Origin: a virus
Lineage: Duplodnaviria; Caudoviricetes
DNA length: 59,295 nt
Direction: 5' to 3' (one strand)
Virus record (IMG/VR): IMGVR_UViG_3300031963_000162
Span: 1 to 59,295 of that record
The translations under genes and the position numbers were made by a program. How positions within the stretch are numbered: the first letter of the stretch is position 1; each line of letters begins with the position of its first letter. Shown in pieces: positions 1 through 9,361 of this stretch. The notes beneath the pieces were generated by a model that ran no database searches, was not told where the DNA came from, and was given only the letters and a program-made list of their open reading frames with translations.

Positions 1-2
1 GT

Positions 3-119
3 ACCGGAAAAGAGCTTTACCGAGAGGATGGGGAGTTTCTTGTTAGGCTCGCCAGAGAAGCAGACGAACTCCGTAGCGCCCTCAAACAGTGCTACCGCCA
101 ATACGAAGCAGTAAGGTGA
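3..119 (+). CDS. 3' end of Rz-like (i-spanin) lysis protein, partial
   Basis: Own translation of frame 3: TGKELYREDGEFLVRLAREADELRSALKQCYRQYEAVR-stop(117-119). Resembles the C-terminus of Rz/DUF2514-like spanins (EFL..A.EADE...L..C..Y). Truncated by window edge. Confidence 0.6.
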   Translation, partial: TGKELYREDGEFLVRLAREADELRSALKQCYRQYEAVR

Positions 120-122
120 GAG

Positions 123-1985
123 ATGGCTTATTTCAGATTAGCGTTAAAGCCGGGTATCGATAAACAGAATACCGAATACGGCGCAGAGGGCGGATGGATC
201 GATGGTGATTACATCCGCTTTCGTTATGGATTGCCGGAAAAGATCGGCGGCTGGACGCCGTTTGCCGAGAACAATGCTTACCTTGTTGGCATGTCTAGTG
301 ACATCCATACGTGGAATGACCTCTCTGGCGCACCTCACGTCTTGGTGGGCACTAACAAGAAGTTGTACGGTTTTTACGGTGGCACGTGGACGGATATCAC
401 GCCTTTACGTGCAACAACTGCACCGGGTGGCGTCACTTTTGCCGCAACATCGGGAAGCAACATCGTCACCGTCACTGATCCTGCGCACGGCGCGATTCGA
501 GGTGACTTTGTCACTTACAGCGGTGCGAGTGGCTTAGGTGGCGCGGTCACAGCGGCTTATCTGAACGCTGAATTTGAAATTCAAGAGATTCTTGGCGTAA
601 ACACGTACACCATTCGAGTAGGCGTTACAGCCACAGGCGCTGATTCTGGGAACGGTGGAGCGTCAGTAATAGGGGCCTATCAAATCAACACAGGCTCTGA
701 TATCAGCTACTTTGACTATGGTTGGGGCACGGGTACGTGGAGTTTGTCCACATGGGGTACGCCACGTCCAGCTTCTGCGGGCTTGTCGTTGAGCTCGCGT
801 GTCTGGCAGTTTGATAGCTATGGCGAAGATGTTGTTTGCCAGATTGCTGATGGCGGTATCTATCTATTCGATACCAGCGCGCCGAATGATCGGGTGCTTC
901 CTATTTCTGGCGCGCCAACCAAGAGCAAATACGCTTTGGTATCTACTCCAGATAGGCATTTAGTCTGCTTTGGCACGGAAAGCGTTATCGGTTCCTCGCC
1001 CACGCAGGACCCGATGTTTGTGCGATTCTCTAATCAAGAGGACATAAACACTTTTGCTGAGAGTGTCACAAATACCGCCGGGGGCCAACGACTAACGGAC
1101 GGTAGTGAGATCATCACCGCTGTTCGTTCACGTGGTCAGATTCTAATCTTCACAGACACTTCTTTACACGGCATGCAGTATGTTGGGCCTCCGTACACCT
1201 TTGGCTTTCAACAGCTAGGAGCCAACTGTGGATGCCTCGCGCCTCACGCAGCAGCGGATGTCAACGGCGTGGCGTTTTGGATGGGCACTGAGGCGTTTTA
1301 CGTGTTTGATGGTACGGTCAAAAAGATGCCTTGCACGGTGCAGGATTATGTCTTTAAAGACATTAATCTGACGCAAAAAGAGAAGTTTCACGTTGGCGTG
1401 AACTCGCAGTTCAACGAGGTTACGTGGTGGTATTGCTCTGCAAATTCGAACTATATCGACCGCTTCGTGACGTTCAACTATCTCGAAAGCGTGTGGTCAG
1501 TGGGCACCTTGTCACGAACTGCGTGGACGGACATCGGTACGTTTGTGCGTCCGCTTGCAACAAACTTCCTGCAAAACAGCAATGCGGCGACGATCTCAAC
1601 GATCTATGGTCTCACGGCAGGACGTGCGCGTGTGTACAACCAAGAAGACGGGGTCAATGCCGACGGCTCACCGATCATGTCGTTTATCAAGTCGGGCTAC
1701 TTTGACATCGGCGATGGCGACAACATGCTGTACATGCGTCGCTTCATCCCTGACTTTAAGAATCAAGTAGGTGATCTAACGGTGCGGTTGCTGCTTCGTC
1801 CTTACCCTCAGGCTCCGGCCAGCCCGAGTTCGCTTGACCCCTATGTCATTGCACCGGGCACAGAGAAGGTGGACACACGTGCGCGTGGGCGGCAGATTAG
1901 TTTGCAGATCGAGAGCGACGAAGTAGACAATAACTGGCGGTTTGGTACGTTGCGTGTTGATGTGCAGCCGGACGGCTTGAGATGA
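123..1985 (+). CDS. Tail nozzle / head-stabilisation protein (P22 gp10 / T7 gp12-like)
   Basis: 620 aa, beta-propeller-like W/G/D-rich repeats (VRFSNQED, QYVGPPYTFGFQQLG, FWMG, EVTWWY), C-terminal RARGRQ..WRFG..R.D; lies just before ejection-type genes. Confidence 0.7.
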   Translation: MAYFRLALKPGIDKQNTEYGAEGGWIDGDYIRFRYGLPEKIGGWTPFAENNAYLVGMSSDIHTWNDLSGAPHVLVGTNKKLYGFYGGTWTDITPLRATTAPGGVTFAATSGSNIVTVTDPAHGAIRGDFVTYSGASGLGGAVTAAYLNAEFEIQEILGVNTYTIRVGVTATGADSGNGGASVIGAYQINTGSDISYFDYGWGTGTWSLSTWGTPRPASAGLSLSSRVWQFDSYGEDVVCQIADGGIYLFDTSAPNDRVLPISGAPTKSKYALVSTPDRHLVCFGTESVIGSSPTQDPMFVRFSNQEDINTFAESVTNTAGGQRLTDGSEIITAVRSRGQILIFTDTSLHGMQYVGPPYTFGFQQLGANCGCLAPHAAADVNGVAFWMGTEAFYVFDGTVKKMPCTVQDYVFKDINLTQKEKFHVGVNSQFNEVTWWYCSANSNYIDRFVTFNYLESVWSVGTLSRTAWTDIGTFVRPLATNFLQNSNAATISTIYGLTAGRARVYNQEDGVNADGSPIMSFIKSGYFDIGDGDNMLYMRRFIPDFKNQVGDLTVRLLLRPYPQAPASPSSLDPYVIAPGTEKVDTRARGRQISLQIESDEVDNNWRFGTLRVDVQPDGLR

Positions 1986-3394
1986 GTAAGATCACCAACG
2001 TCCGTCTGCCTAACGCGGCGACGCAGCAGTACAGTCCAGAGCAGTTTAACCAGCTGGTTCGTTCACTAGAACAGGTCATTCTGCAGTTAAATAACACGTA
2101 CTCGCCTATCGTCACGGAGGACAAAGATGCTGCCCTTACATGGTATGAATCTGGCGGCGGACTTATGGATGACACTGGTATGACTATTCCTGTATCGATT
2201 GGTGGCACGAATACCGACGCTTTTGGGCGACTGCGAGTAAGTGAACCCTACACGTTGTTTGACAGTCAGAATCGCTACGCTGCTGACAATCAATTCGACA
2301 CGAGCCTAAGTGGCACAGGATCAAGTACCTATAACGCTAATCAAGCCAGTATGAGTCTGGCGGTGACAGGCGGCGGCGTTGGTTCTGTAGTACGTCAAAC
2401 ATATCGTGTTTTCCCCTACCAGCCCGGTAAAGGGTTGTTGGTGTTAGCTACGTTTGTCATGGACAACGGAACATCTGCCAACCTTAATCAAAGTGTTGGG
2501 TATTTTAATACTCAAAACGGAGTGTTCTTTCGTCGAACGGGTGGTGTGAATGCATTTGTAATGCGCTCCAATACTTCTGGAACACCCAGCGATGCGCGGT
2601 TTGCCAATCAAGCGGATTGGAACGGTGACAAACTGGATGGTACGGGCGCGTCTGGGTATACGCTAGACCTTGAACACCCACAGATTTTGTGGATGGACTT
2701 TGAGTGGCTTGGTGTTGGCTCAGTTCGATGTGGCTTTATTATTGATGGGCAGTATGTTGTTTGCCATACGTTTGATACTGCTAACGTGTATGGCACTACG
2801 GTTTATATGACCACGGCTATCTTGCCTGTGCGCTATGAAATTACTACAACAACGGCTGCGGTAGCTGCAACCCTCACACAAATCTGCTGCTCGGTGGTGT
2901 CAGAAGGCGGCTTTGAGCAAACGTCGATTGACCATGTGGCGCGACGCACCACGATTTTAAATACGATAGGAACAACCTTTTTGCCTTTGGTTTCCATTCG
3001 TTTGGCTCCGGGCCGAACCGGTGCGGTGGTGTTGCCAAACCGAATTCAAGCTCTTCCGACAACCAGCCAAAACTACGAAGTGGTTTTGGTTAAAAACCCT
3101 ACGCTAACTGGAGCGACATGGGCCTCTACAGTGCCTTCGGACTCCAACGTGGAATTTGATGTAGCGGCAACGGCTATGACAGGCGGCACGATTGTGCAGT
3201 CAAATTATCTTGCGTCTAACACTGCCGGGGGTACGGGGGGTACTAGTTTTGATAACGCCTACAACTTTGATTTGCAGTTAGGCGCGACTATTGCCGGGGT
3301 GAGCGACGTTTACACGGTGGGCATTCGAACGGTCTCAGGAGCCACAACCGGTGATGCCTTGGGCTCGTTATCCTTTTATGATTTGACTCAATAA
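1982..3394 (+). CDS. Virion structural protein; short helical N-terminal domain fused to a DAFGRLRVS-type beta domain
   Basis: 470 aa, ATGA overlap with upstream gene; N-terminal RLPNA..Y..EQFNQLVRSLEQ helix, then DAFGRLRVSEP..LFDS, YQPGKG, DFEWLGVG.VR.G motifs seen in aquatic phage structural proteins. Confidence 0.55.
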   Translation: MSKITNVRLPNAATQQYSPEQFNQLVRSLEQVILQLNNTYSPIVTEDKDAALTWYESGGGLMDDTGMTIPVSIGGTNTDAFGRLRVSEPYTLFDSQNRYAADNQFDTSLSGTGSSTYNANQASMSLAVTGGGVGSVVRQTYRVFPYQPGKGLLVLATFVMDNGTSANLNQSVGYFNTQNGVFFRRTGGVNAFVMRSNTSGTPSDARFANQADWNGDKLDGTGASGYTLDLEHPQILWMDFEWLGVGSVRCGFIIDGQYVVCHTFDTANVYGTTVYMTTAILPVRYEITTTTAAVAATLTQICCSVVSEGGFEQTSIDHVARRTTILNTIGTTFLPLVSIRLAPGRTGAVVLPNRIQALPTTSQNYEVVLVKNPTLTGATWASTVPSDSNVEFDVAATAMTGGTIVQSNYLASNTAGGTGGTSFDNAYNFDLQLGATIAGVSDVYTVGIRTVSGATTGDALGSLSFYDLTQ

Positions 3395-3720
3395 TGGCTA
3401 ATAAGTACTTACGCAAATACCTGATCCCGGCTGCTGCCACGGAGACAACGATCTACACCGTGCCGGACGCGAACACGGGGATCATGCGTTCGTTGCGAGT
3501 GACTAATGCAGGTGCGTCGAGCGCGCTAATCACAGTGACGCAGTATGTATCGGGTACTCCGCACTTTTTGCAAAAGGTGAGGGCACTACCGGTCAACGAC
3601 ACCTTTGATGTCTTCAACGGGATTCCTTGCATTATGGAAGCCGGGGACATTCTCAAAGTGACATCGTCTATTGCGACTGTGCACTTCTATTTAAGTTATC
3701 TTGAAGTGGACAGAAACTGA
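3394..3720 (+). CDS. Small virion structural protein
   Basis: 108 aa beta-rich (TIYTVP..., EAGDILKV), TAATG overlap, tail gene cluster. Confidence 0.55.
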   Translation: MANKYLRKYLIPAAATETTIYTVPDANTGIMRSLRVTNAGASSALITVTQYVSGTPHFLQKVRALPVNDTFDVFNGIPCIMEAGDILKVTSSIATVHFYLSYLEVDRN

Positions 3721-3736
3721 TGAATTACCACATAAT
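3707..3736 (+). promoter_or_regulatory. Putative sigma70 promoter for ejection-protein operon
   Basis: TGGACA (3707-3712), 18 bp spacer, CATAAT (3731-3736), just upstream of the structured leader. Confidence 0.4.
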
Positions 3737-3740
3737 TACC

Positions 3741-3804
3741 GGCAATTCCGCGTCCTTTCCCGGCGCGCGACCCCGCACGAGGGTCTATTGCCACTTTGGA
3801 AAGG
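3741..3804 (+). ncRNA. Putative cis-regulatory structured 5' leader (three-way junction + pseudoknot onto SD)
   Basis: P1 GGCAAT 3741-46/ATTGCC 3787-92; P2 CGCGTC 3749-54/GGCGCG 3762-67; P3 GACCC 3769-73/GGGTC 3781-85; CCTTTCC 3754-60 is the exact complement of GGAAAGG 3798-3804 (SD of the gene at 3811). Confidence 0.5.
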
Positions 3805-3810
3805 ATTATC

Positions 3811-6060
3811 ATGGCTGAAGCGATGCAGGGCGTCATGTCTCTAGCCCCCGAAATGGGTGGTATGGGCGGCGCTCCCAAGAGTTATTTGACCCCTGAAGAC
3901 GAAGCGACGTTAACGCAGCTTCAAAACTCAGTCTCTCCTCAAGATTTCAACAAAGAGATGTTCAACGCTGCGGAGCAAGCTGACCCGCAAGCGGTGGCAC
4001 AGTTGCGTTCTATGCTGCAAGGCTTACGCTTGCCGCAGGAACTCATCGATTTGATGAAGGAGATGGTGGATGCGCTTCTGCAGGAACCTGCCAAGTACGC
4101 AGAAAACCGTGCGGAATTAGTTAAAGAAGGAGTGCCAGAGGACCTCTTGCCGCCAGAGTTTGATCCAACCTATTTGATGGCTTTGGACATGGCCTTGGAT
4201 CAGGTCTCACAACCTGTGGTTCAAGGCTTTGCCGCTGGTGGATTGGTCAGAAATCCGATTTCTGCAGGTATCGCCAGCCTTGGCCGTGGCGGCGACAGAA
4301 TATTGGCGCACATCACCCCGCGTGAGGCACGTATGCTCATGCGCGCGGGCGGCGCAGGAACGATTAACCCTATCACGGGTCTGCCTGAGTTCTTTCTCAA
4401 GAAGTTAGCAAAGGCCGTGGGCGGGGTCTTTGTAGGCGCAGGCAAAGCTATTAAAGGGGCCTTCCGAGGCATTGGTAAGGCTATTAAAAAGTTTGCCAGT
4501 AGTACGATAGGACGCATTGTCACGTCAGTGGCGCTGGGCTTCCTCTTAGGCCCAGCGGCGGCAAGTCTGTTAGGGGTGACATCAAGCGTGGGCGTAGCAG
4601 CCATTGGCGGCTTTATCGGTTCTGCTGGGTCAACCTTGTTGGCAGGCGGCAGCGTCGGTGACGCACTGAAGGCCGGTGCCATGGGTGGTATTACCGCAGG
4701 CGCATTCTCTGGCGTAACCGGTGGCATGGGGGCCTTTAAAGCAGGTTCTTACGCAGGTCCTACGACGGTGTCGGGTTCGTGGCAGCAGTTTACTGAGAGC
4801 CTTGGTGGTAAATCTGCAGTAGATGCAACTAAAGGTATTGGTGCGGTGGACGACGCCGCTGCCGCAGGTAAAGCGGCGGGTGTTGTGGATGAAGCAGCGG
4901 CGGCAAGTAAGGCAGCGGGTGCTGTAGATGAAGCAGCGGCTGCAGGTAAGGCCGCGACTGCGGATGAAATAGCTACTTCGTCAAGTTATACAGGACCTGC
5001 GAGAAGCCCCTCAACCATTCCTTCTGGACAGGGCACTAACCCCTACGATCTTTACGATTACGATCCAATAGCTACTGAAATACAAAAAGGTTATCTAGCG
5101 GGTGGTAAACCTGTAGGCACTGTTCCAAGCGTTGCCTCGCCTGTGACAAACCTCTCAAGCTACACAGGTCCCACAACACCGCAGCCTGCTCAACTCTTAG
5201 GCACAGGGCCCGCAGTTCCTGCGCCTACCGTTGCGCCTACTGGGGGTCCCAACTACCTGACAGATTCCTTGGATAATTTCGCAGGTGGAACAAATGCTCC
5301 TATCCCTGCTCCTCCGAAAAACTACTTACTAGAGTCCCCTTCGACGATGGGTGGTCCCAACATGACCCCTGTCGCTGCACCTGCTGGCGGTGCGGCCCCT
5401 TCACAAGGGGTCATGGATTTAGTCAAGGAAGGTAAATTCATAGAGGCAGGCAAGACGGCTGGATCAAAGGTTGGTGACCTGTATGACGAATACCTCTCGC
5501 CAAGCGGAATACAACAACGCGGCTCAGCCGAAGCTTTAAATAAAACAAAAGAAGCTTTTCCCGGCTTGTCTACAGAACAGATCATCAATGCCCCAGCAGG
5601 TTCGGTTATTGCCAAGACTTACGAAGCAAATTTACCGGGCATGCTGGCAACTTACGGCCCACTCGTCGGAACAATTGGCGGCGCGGCCTATCTGGGCGGC
5701 GCATTTGACGTAGAAGAGCCACCAAAACCAGACATCCCTGTCTCCGGGGCAGAGCTCTATCGTCGAGACCCTTACCTCATTACGCCGGATGTCCGCACCG
5801 TATCGGCCTCTACTGGCACCCCTTATCGTTATGCAACGGGCGGTGTCGCTAGTCTGGCGCGGGGAACTTCGAGTTACCCACGCAAGACAGGTCCGATTAA
5901 CGGCCCCGGCACAGGTACTTCGGATTCGATTCCTGCAATGCTCTCAGACGGCGAATTTGTGTTCACCGCAGCAGCAGTTCGTGCCATGGGCGGTGGCTCA
6001 CGGCGCAAGGGCGCAAAGCGTATGTACGCCTTAATGAAGGCCTTGGAGAAGAGGGCATAA
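3811..6060 (+). CDS. Internal virion / DNA ejection protein
   Basis: Start moved to ATG 3811 (SD AAGGA). G/A-rich hydrophobic segments, D.ILAHITP.EA..L...GG.GTINP.TGLPEF and GPGTGTSDSIPAMLSDGEFV motifs; first of several large genes after the nozzle gene. Confidence 0.6.
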   Translation: MAEAMQGVMSLAPEMGGMGGAPKSYLTPEDEATLTQLQNSVSPQDFNKEMFNAAEQADPQAVAQLRSMLQGLRLPQELIDLMKEMVDALLQEPAKYAENRAELVKEGVPEDLLPPEFDPTYLMALDMALDQVSQPVVQGFAAGGLVRNPISAGIASLGRGGDRILAHITPREARMLMRAGGAGTINPITGLPEFFLKKLAKAVGGVFVGAGKAIKGAFRGIGKAIKKFASSTIGRIVTSVALGFLLGPAAASLLGVTSSVGVAAIGGFIGSAGSTLLAGGSVGDALKAGAMGGITAGAFSGVTGGMGAFKAGSYAGPTTVSGSWQQFTESLGGKSAVDATKGIGAVDDAAAAGKAAGVVDEAAAASKAAGAVDEAAAAGKAATADEIATSSSYTGPARSPSTIPSGQGTNPYDLYDYDPIATEIQKGYLAGGKPVGTVPSVASPVTNLSSYTGPTTPQPAQLLGTGPAVPAPTVAPTGGPNYLTDSLDNFAGGTNAPIPAPPKNYLLESPSTMGGPNMTPVAAPAGGAAPSQGVMDLVKEGKFIEAGKTAGSKVGDLYDEYLSPSGIQQRGSAEALNKTKEAFPGLSTEQIINAPAGSVIAKTYEANLPGMLATYGPLVGTIGGAAYLGGAFDVEEPPKPDIPVSGAELYRRDPYLITPDVRTVSASTGTPYRYATGGVASLARGTSSYPRKTGPINGPGTGTSDSIPAMLSDGEFVFTAAAVRAMGGGSRRKGAKRMYALMKALEKRA
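4840..4956 (+). repeat. Three 39-bp in-frame tandem repeats (G[AV]VD[DE]AAAA[GS]KAA)
   Basis: Copies at 4840, 4879 and 4918 within the ejection-protein gene. Confidence 0.8.
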
Positions 6061-6063
6061 GCC

Positions 6064-7299
6064 ATGGCAACTGAATATCAAGTACAAACCATTCAGGAAG
6101 CGCCTGAGATTGAGAAGGCGCGACTTGCCCTACTTAAGACAGCAGAGCGAGAAGTATCTAAACCACTCGCCCTCCCCGGCTATGAGATTGCGGGGCTTGG
6201 CGAAGGACAACTTCAAGCTAAATCGCTGGCTCAACAAGGCGTGGGGTCCTATCAGCCTTTCTTAACAGAAGCCGAAAAGGGCATGGCTGCAGGACAGCAG
6301 CTGACACAACAAGCAGCGCAGGGCATCGCAGGATTGAATGTTTCACAGCCTCTGCAGGCAGCATACGGCGCACTTCAAGCAGGCGCAGGTGCAGCAGGTA
6401 ACTTGGGGACATTAGCGGCTACAGCAGGGCAAGGTCTGCCTACGGCAGCGTATGGGGCATCTATGCTGCCCGGTGCGGCAAGTGGCTACGATCCTTCGCA
6501 AGCTGCTGCGTACATGAACCCTTACCAACAGCAAGTCACTGCCAACGCGCTGCAAGAGATGCAGCGTCAGGCCGACATTGCAAGACAGGGACAGGCGGCG
6601 CAAGCGGTGCGCACTGGCGCGTTTGGTGGCACACGTGAAGGTGTGCAACGTGCAGAGACGGAACGTGGCTTGATGGATGTCATGGGCCAGCGTATCCTGC
6701 AGGATTACTCACAGAACTATCTCCAAGCACAACAGGCCGCGCAACAGGGCTTTGAGTCGCAACAACAGCGCCAGCTGGCAGCAGGACAGGCATTAGGTCA
6801 AATGAGTCTTTTGCCTTCGCAGATTGCGGGTCAGCAGGCAAACATCTTGGGTAACCAAGCCAATATCTACGGCCAACTCGGTCAGGGCATCGGCAGTCTA
6901 GGTCTGCAACAGGGTCAGTTTGGCCTGCAACAGGGCAGCACACTGGGTGGTTTGGGTGCACAACTTGCTACGCAGGCGGGTCAGCGCGCCAACTTGGGCG
7001 CGATGCAGCAGCAGTTGGGTCAGGCAGACGTTGCAATGATGGGTCAGATTGGCGCACAAGAACAAGCACTGCAACAGGCTCGCTTGGATGCAATGCGCGC
7101 AACGCAGATGCAGCAGACCTTCATGCCGTTCCAGCTGCTCTCCTTCCAGTCGGACATCTTGTCGAAGACACCGGGTAGCCAGACAGCCATTACTTCAACT
7201 ACTGCACCATCGCCTAGTCCTTTGACGCAGGCAGTTTCTACGGGTATTGCCGGACTGAGCACCTATGCAGGCGGCAAGGCAGCAGGCTTGTTTAAGTAG
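6064..7299 (+). CDS. Gln/Ala-rich DNA ejection (pilot) protein
   Basis: 411 aa; YMNPYQQQV and GAFGGTR motifs, long Q/A/G helical region and C-terminal hydrophobic glycine zipper typical of podovirus ejection proteins. Confidence 0.6.
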   Translation: MATEYQVQTIQEAPEIEKARLALLKTAEREVSKPLALPGYEIAGLGEGQLQAKSLAQQGVGSYQPFLTEAEKGMAAGQQLTQQAAQGIAGLNVSQPLQAAYGALQAGAGAAGNLGTLAATAGQGLPTAAYGASMLPGAASGYDPSQAAAYMNPYQQQVTANALQEMQRQADIARQGQAAQAVRTGAFGGTREGVQRAETERGLMDVMGQRILQDYSQNYLQAQQAAQQGFESQQQRQLAAGQALGQMSLLPSQIAGQQANILGNQANIYGQLGQGIGSLGLQQGQFGLQQGSTLGGLGAQLATQAGQRANLGAMQQQLGQADVAMMGQIGAQEQALQQARLDAMRATQMQQTFMPFQLLSFQSDILSKTPGSQTAITSTTAPSPSPLTQAVSTGIAGLSTYAGGKAAGLFK

Positions 7300-7311
7300 A
7301 TTTTAGGAGAA

Positions 7312-9351
7312 ATGATGAAATCGAAAGTAATTGACAGGCCTATGTTCAAGAAGAAAGGGCCTCCCGTTCCGCCTGAGGACGTGAACAACGTCGGCATCAT
7401 GCAAGGCTTCATGGACCAAGTGTCCATGATGGACGAGATGGAAGGCGAGGAAGAAGACGACGATGAGATGGAGATGGGCAAGATGATGGACCGTCGTCCA
7501 GATTCGCCTGAAATCCTCATGAATAATCTTCGCGGCGACATGCGCTCGGTGGATGCGCGTGTGGAAGAACTCGCAGACTTGGTCGGCTATCGTGCAGCAG
7601 CGGAAACGCCCACAGAAGTCTTGGCACTCTTGCAGCCAGTCTTGGCTCAGCAGGGCGCGATGATGCAACCTCCGCCACAAATGGCAGGTCCTACACCACC
7701 CGGCCCGATGGGAGCATCGGCTGGCGCGGCTGCTGACTTAGCGGCCATGGCTCAAGGCCCACAGACCATGCCTCCTCCCGCTCCGGCACCTGAGATGCCT
7801 GCAGGCGGTATTGCATCGTTGCCTGCGGCTGCTGAACAACAAGCCCCGATTGCCATGAAGAACGGGGGGATTGTGCAGCGTTTTCAAGCGGGGTCCGATG
7901 AAGGCGGCGTGACCCCTGTGGAAGATCAGCCTTCATACGTCAATTACCCTAAATCCATGATTGATCAGGCACGTCAGTACCTGATGAACACAAAAATTGG
8001 AGAAACACTGCCTGTTCGTTCACTGGGCGAAGAAGCTGCCGCACGTGCAAAGGAATATCAAGCGCTATTAGGCGGAGAAGACGCTCGTCAGATGACAAAA
8101 GCGCAGATGTTATTTGACATTGCCCAAGGCGCATTAAACGTGGCTTCAGGCGTGGATGCCGAAGGTAAGCCCATTCGCGGTCGCATTTCACCCGTAGGTC
8201 GTTTTGCTGCAGGGATGCGTAACGTGCCTGCCCTAATTGGCGCGCGCGCGGGCGAATTACAAAAGCAAGACCGTGCTGTTAAGTTGGCTGCAATTGACTC
8301 CGCTGAAAAGCGCATTGCTAGTGTTCTTGATTACAACGCGAAGGTTATCGAAAGTAACCGTAAGCGCTTTGAAGGTGTGTTAAAGAACTCTGGGATGAGT
8401 TCCTTGTTTGGTAAAGGCGATTGGGAGTGGCGCATCATTAACACCCCTAACCTGCTTTCAGACTGGGCTGCGGGTAAAACAGACCCTGAACAAAGTCAGC
8501 TGGTTGAATCTGCTATAACCAAAATAAAGCAGCCAAAAATCGAAACTAGGGTAGACCCTGTTAGTAAGCAGCCTTATACAGTCAATGTTCCTCCTGTAAT
8601 TCCTAAGTTTGTGCAGCAGGCAATTGATGCCTATGGCAAATTTTCTAAGGACAGGGCAGGCGTTACTACAACGCCGGTTGTAACAGGTGAGAGAGGCACG
8701 AGAACGCCAAGCGCTGTTGAAACGGGGGAAGCACCTTCTTCACAGCAGGGTGCAGGCGCTGCTTATGAAGGCGCTACTTTTTTTGCAAAGCAAGGGAAGA
8801 AAAAGGTCCCGTATTTCTATCGAACACCAACGCCGGGAGACCCCACTTACTACAATCTGGCTGGTAAAGGAACCGGAGTCGTCAATGTCGCGAGTGCGTT
8901 TGTCAAAAAAATCCCCGGCATTGGAGACGTGTTTGACTTCGATGAAGAGCTGTATGCAACAGACTTTATAACCAAGACATCGAACAGGATTGTAAACAGC
9001 CTTCAGTCGAACAAAAACTTTGCAGAAGGGGAAGCCCAGCGCATTGCAGCAGATTTAGATATTAAGCCAAACATTATCGACAACGAAGGGGCGTTTAAGA
9101 TTAGATTACGTGCGCTTGATGATACGCTGCTTAACTACGCTACTAAAGCGTATGAACTTGGATACACCAAGCCTAACCTAGACCCTGATGAAATTGGCAA
9201 AAACCGAGCAAAATTCATAGAACTTCAAAACATTAGAAAAGTTTTGGGTGTACCTCCTCGAGAGGCAAAGGTCTTGCAAAGTAAGGATCAGTGGGATAAG
9301 TCACCAAAAGGTTCTGTTTGGATTGTTGAAGGCGAACTACTAGTTAAGTAG
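7312..9351 (+). CDS. Internal virion / ejection protein
   Basis: 679 aa; SD TAGGAG; acidic/Pro-rich N-terminus (ELA.LVG..AA.ETP.EVL.LLQP) then helical domain; position in ejection cluster. Confidence 0.5.
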   Translation: MMKSKVIDRPMFKKKGPPVPPEDVNNVGIMQGFMDQVSMMDEMEGEEEDDDEMEMGKMMDRRPDSPEILMNNLRGDMRSVDARVEELADLVGYRAAAETPTEVLALLQPVLAQQGAMMQPPPQMAGPTPPGPMGASAGAAADLAAMAQGPQTMPPPAPAPEMPAGGIASLPAAAEQQAPIAMKNGGIVQRFQAGSDEGGVTPVEDQPSYVNYPKSMIDQARQYLMNTKIGETLPVRSLGEEAAARAKEYQALLGGEDARQMTKAQMLFDIAQGALNVASGVDAEGKPIRGRISPVGRFAAGMRNVPALIGARAGELQKQDRAVKLAAIDSAEKRIASVLDYNAKVIESNRKRFEGVLKNSGMSSLFGKGDWEWRIINTPNLLSDWAAGKTDPEQSQLVESAITKIKQPKIETRVDPVSKQPYTVNVPPVIPKFVQQAIDAYGKFSKDRAGVTTTPVVTGERGTRTPSAVETGEAPSSQQGAGAAYEGATFFAKQGKKKVPYFYRTPTPGDPTYYNLAGKGTGVVNVASAFVKKIPGIGDVFDFDEELYATDFITKTSNRIVNSLQSNKNFAEGEAQRIAADLDIKPNIIDNEGAFKIRLRALDDTLLNYATKAYELGYTKPNLDPDEIGKNRAKFIELQNIRKVLGVPPREAKVLQSKDQWDKSPKGSVWIVEGELLVK

Positions 9352-9361
9352 AGGAATAACG

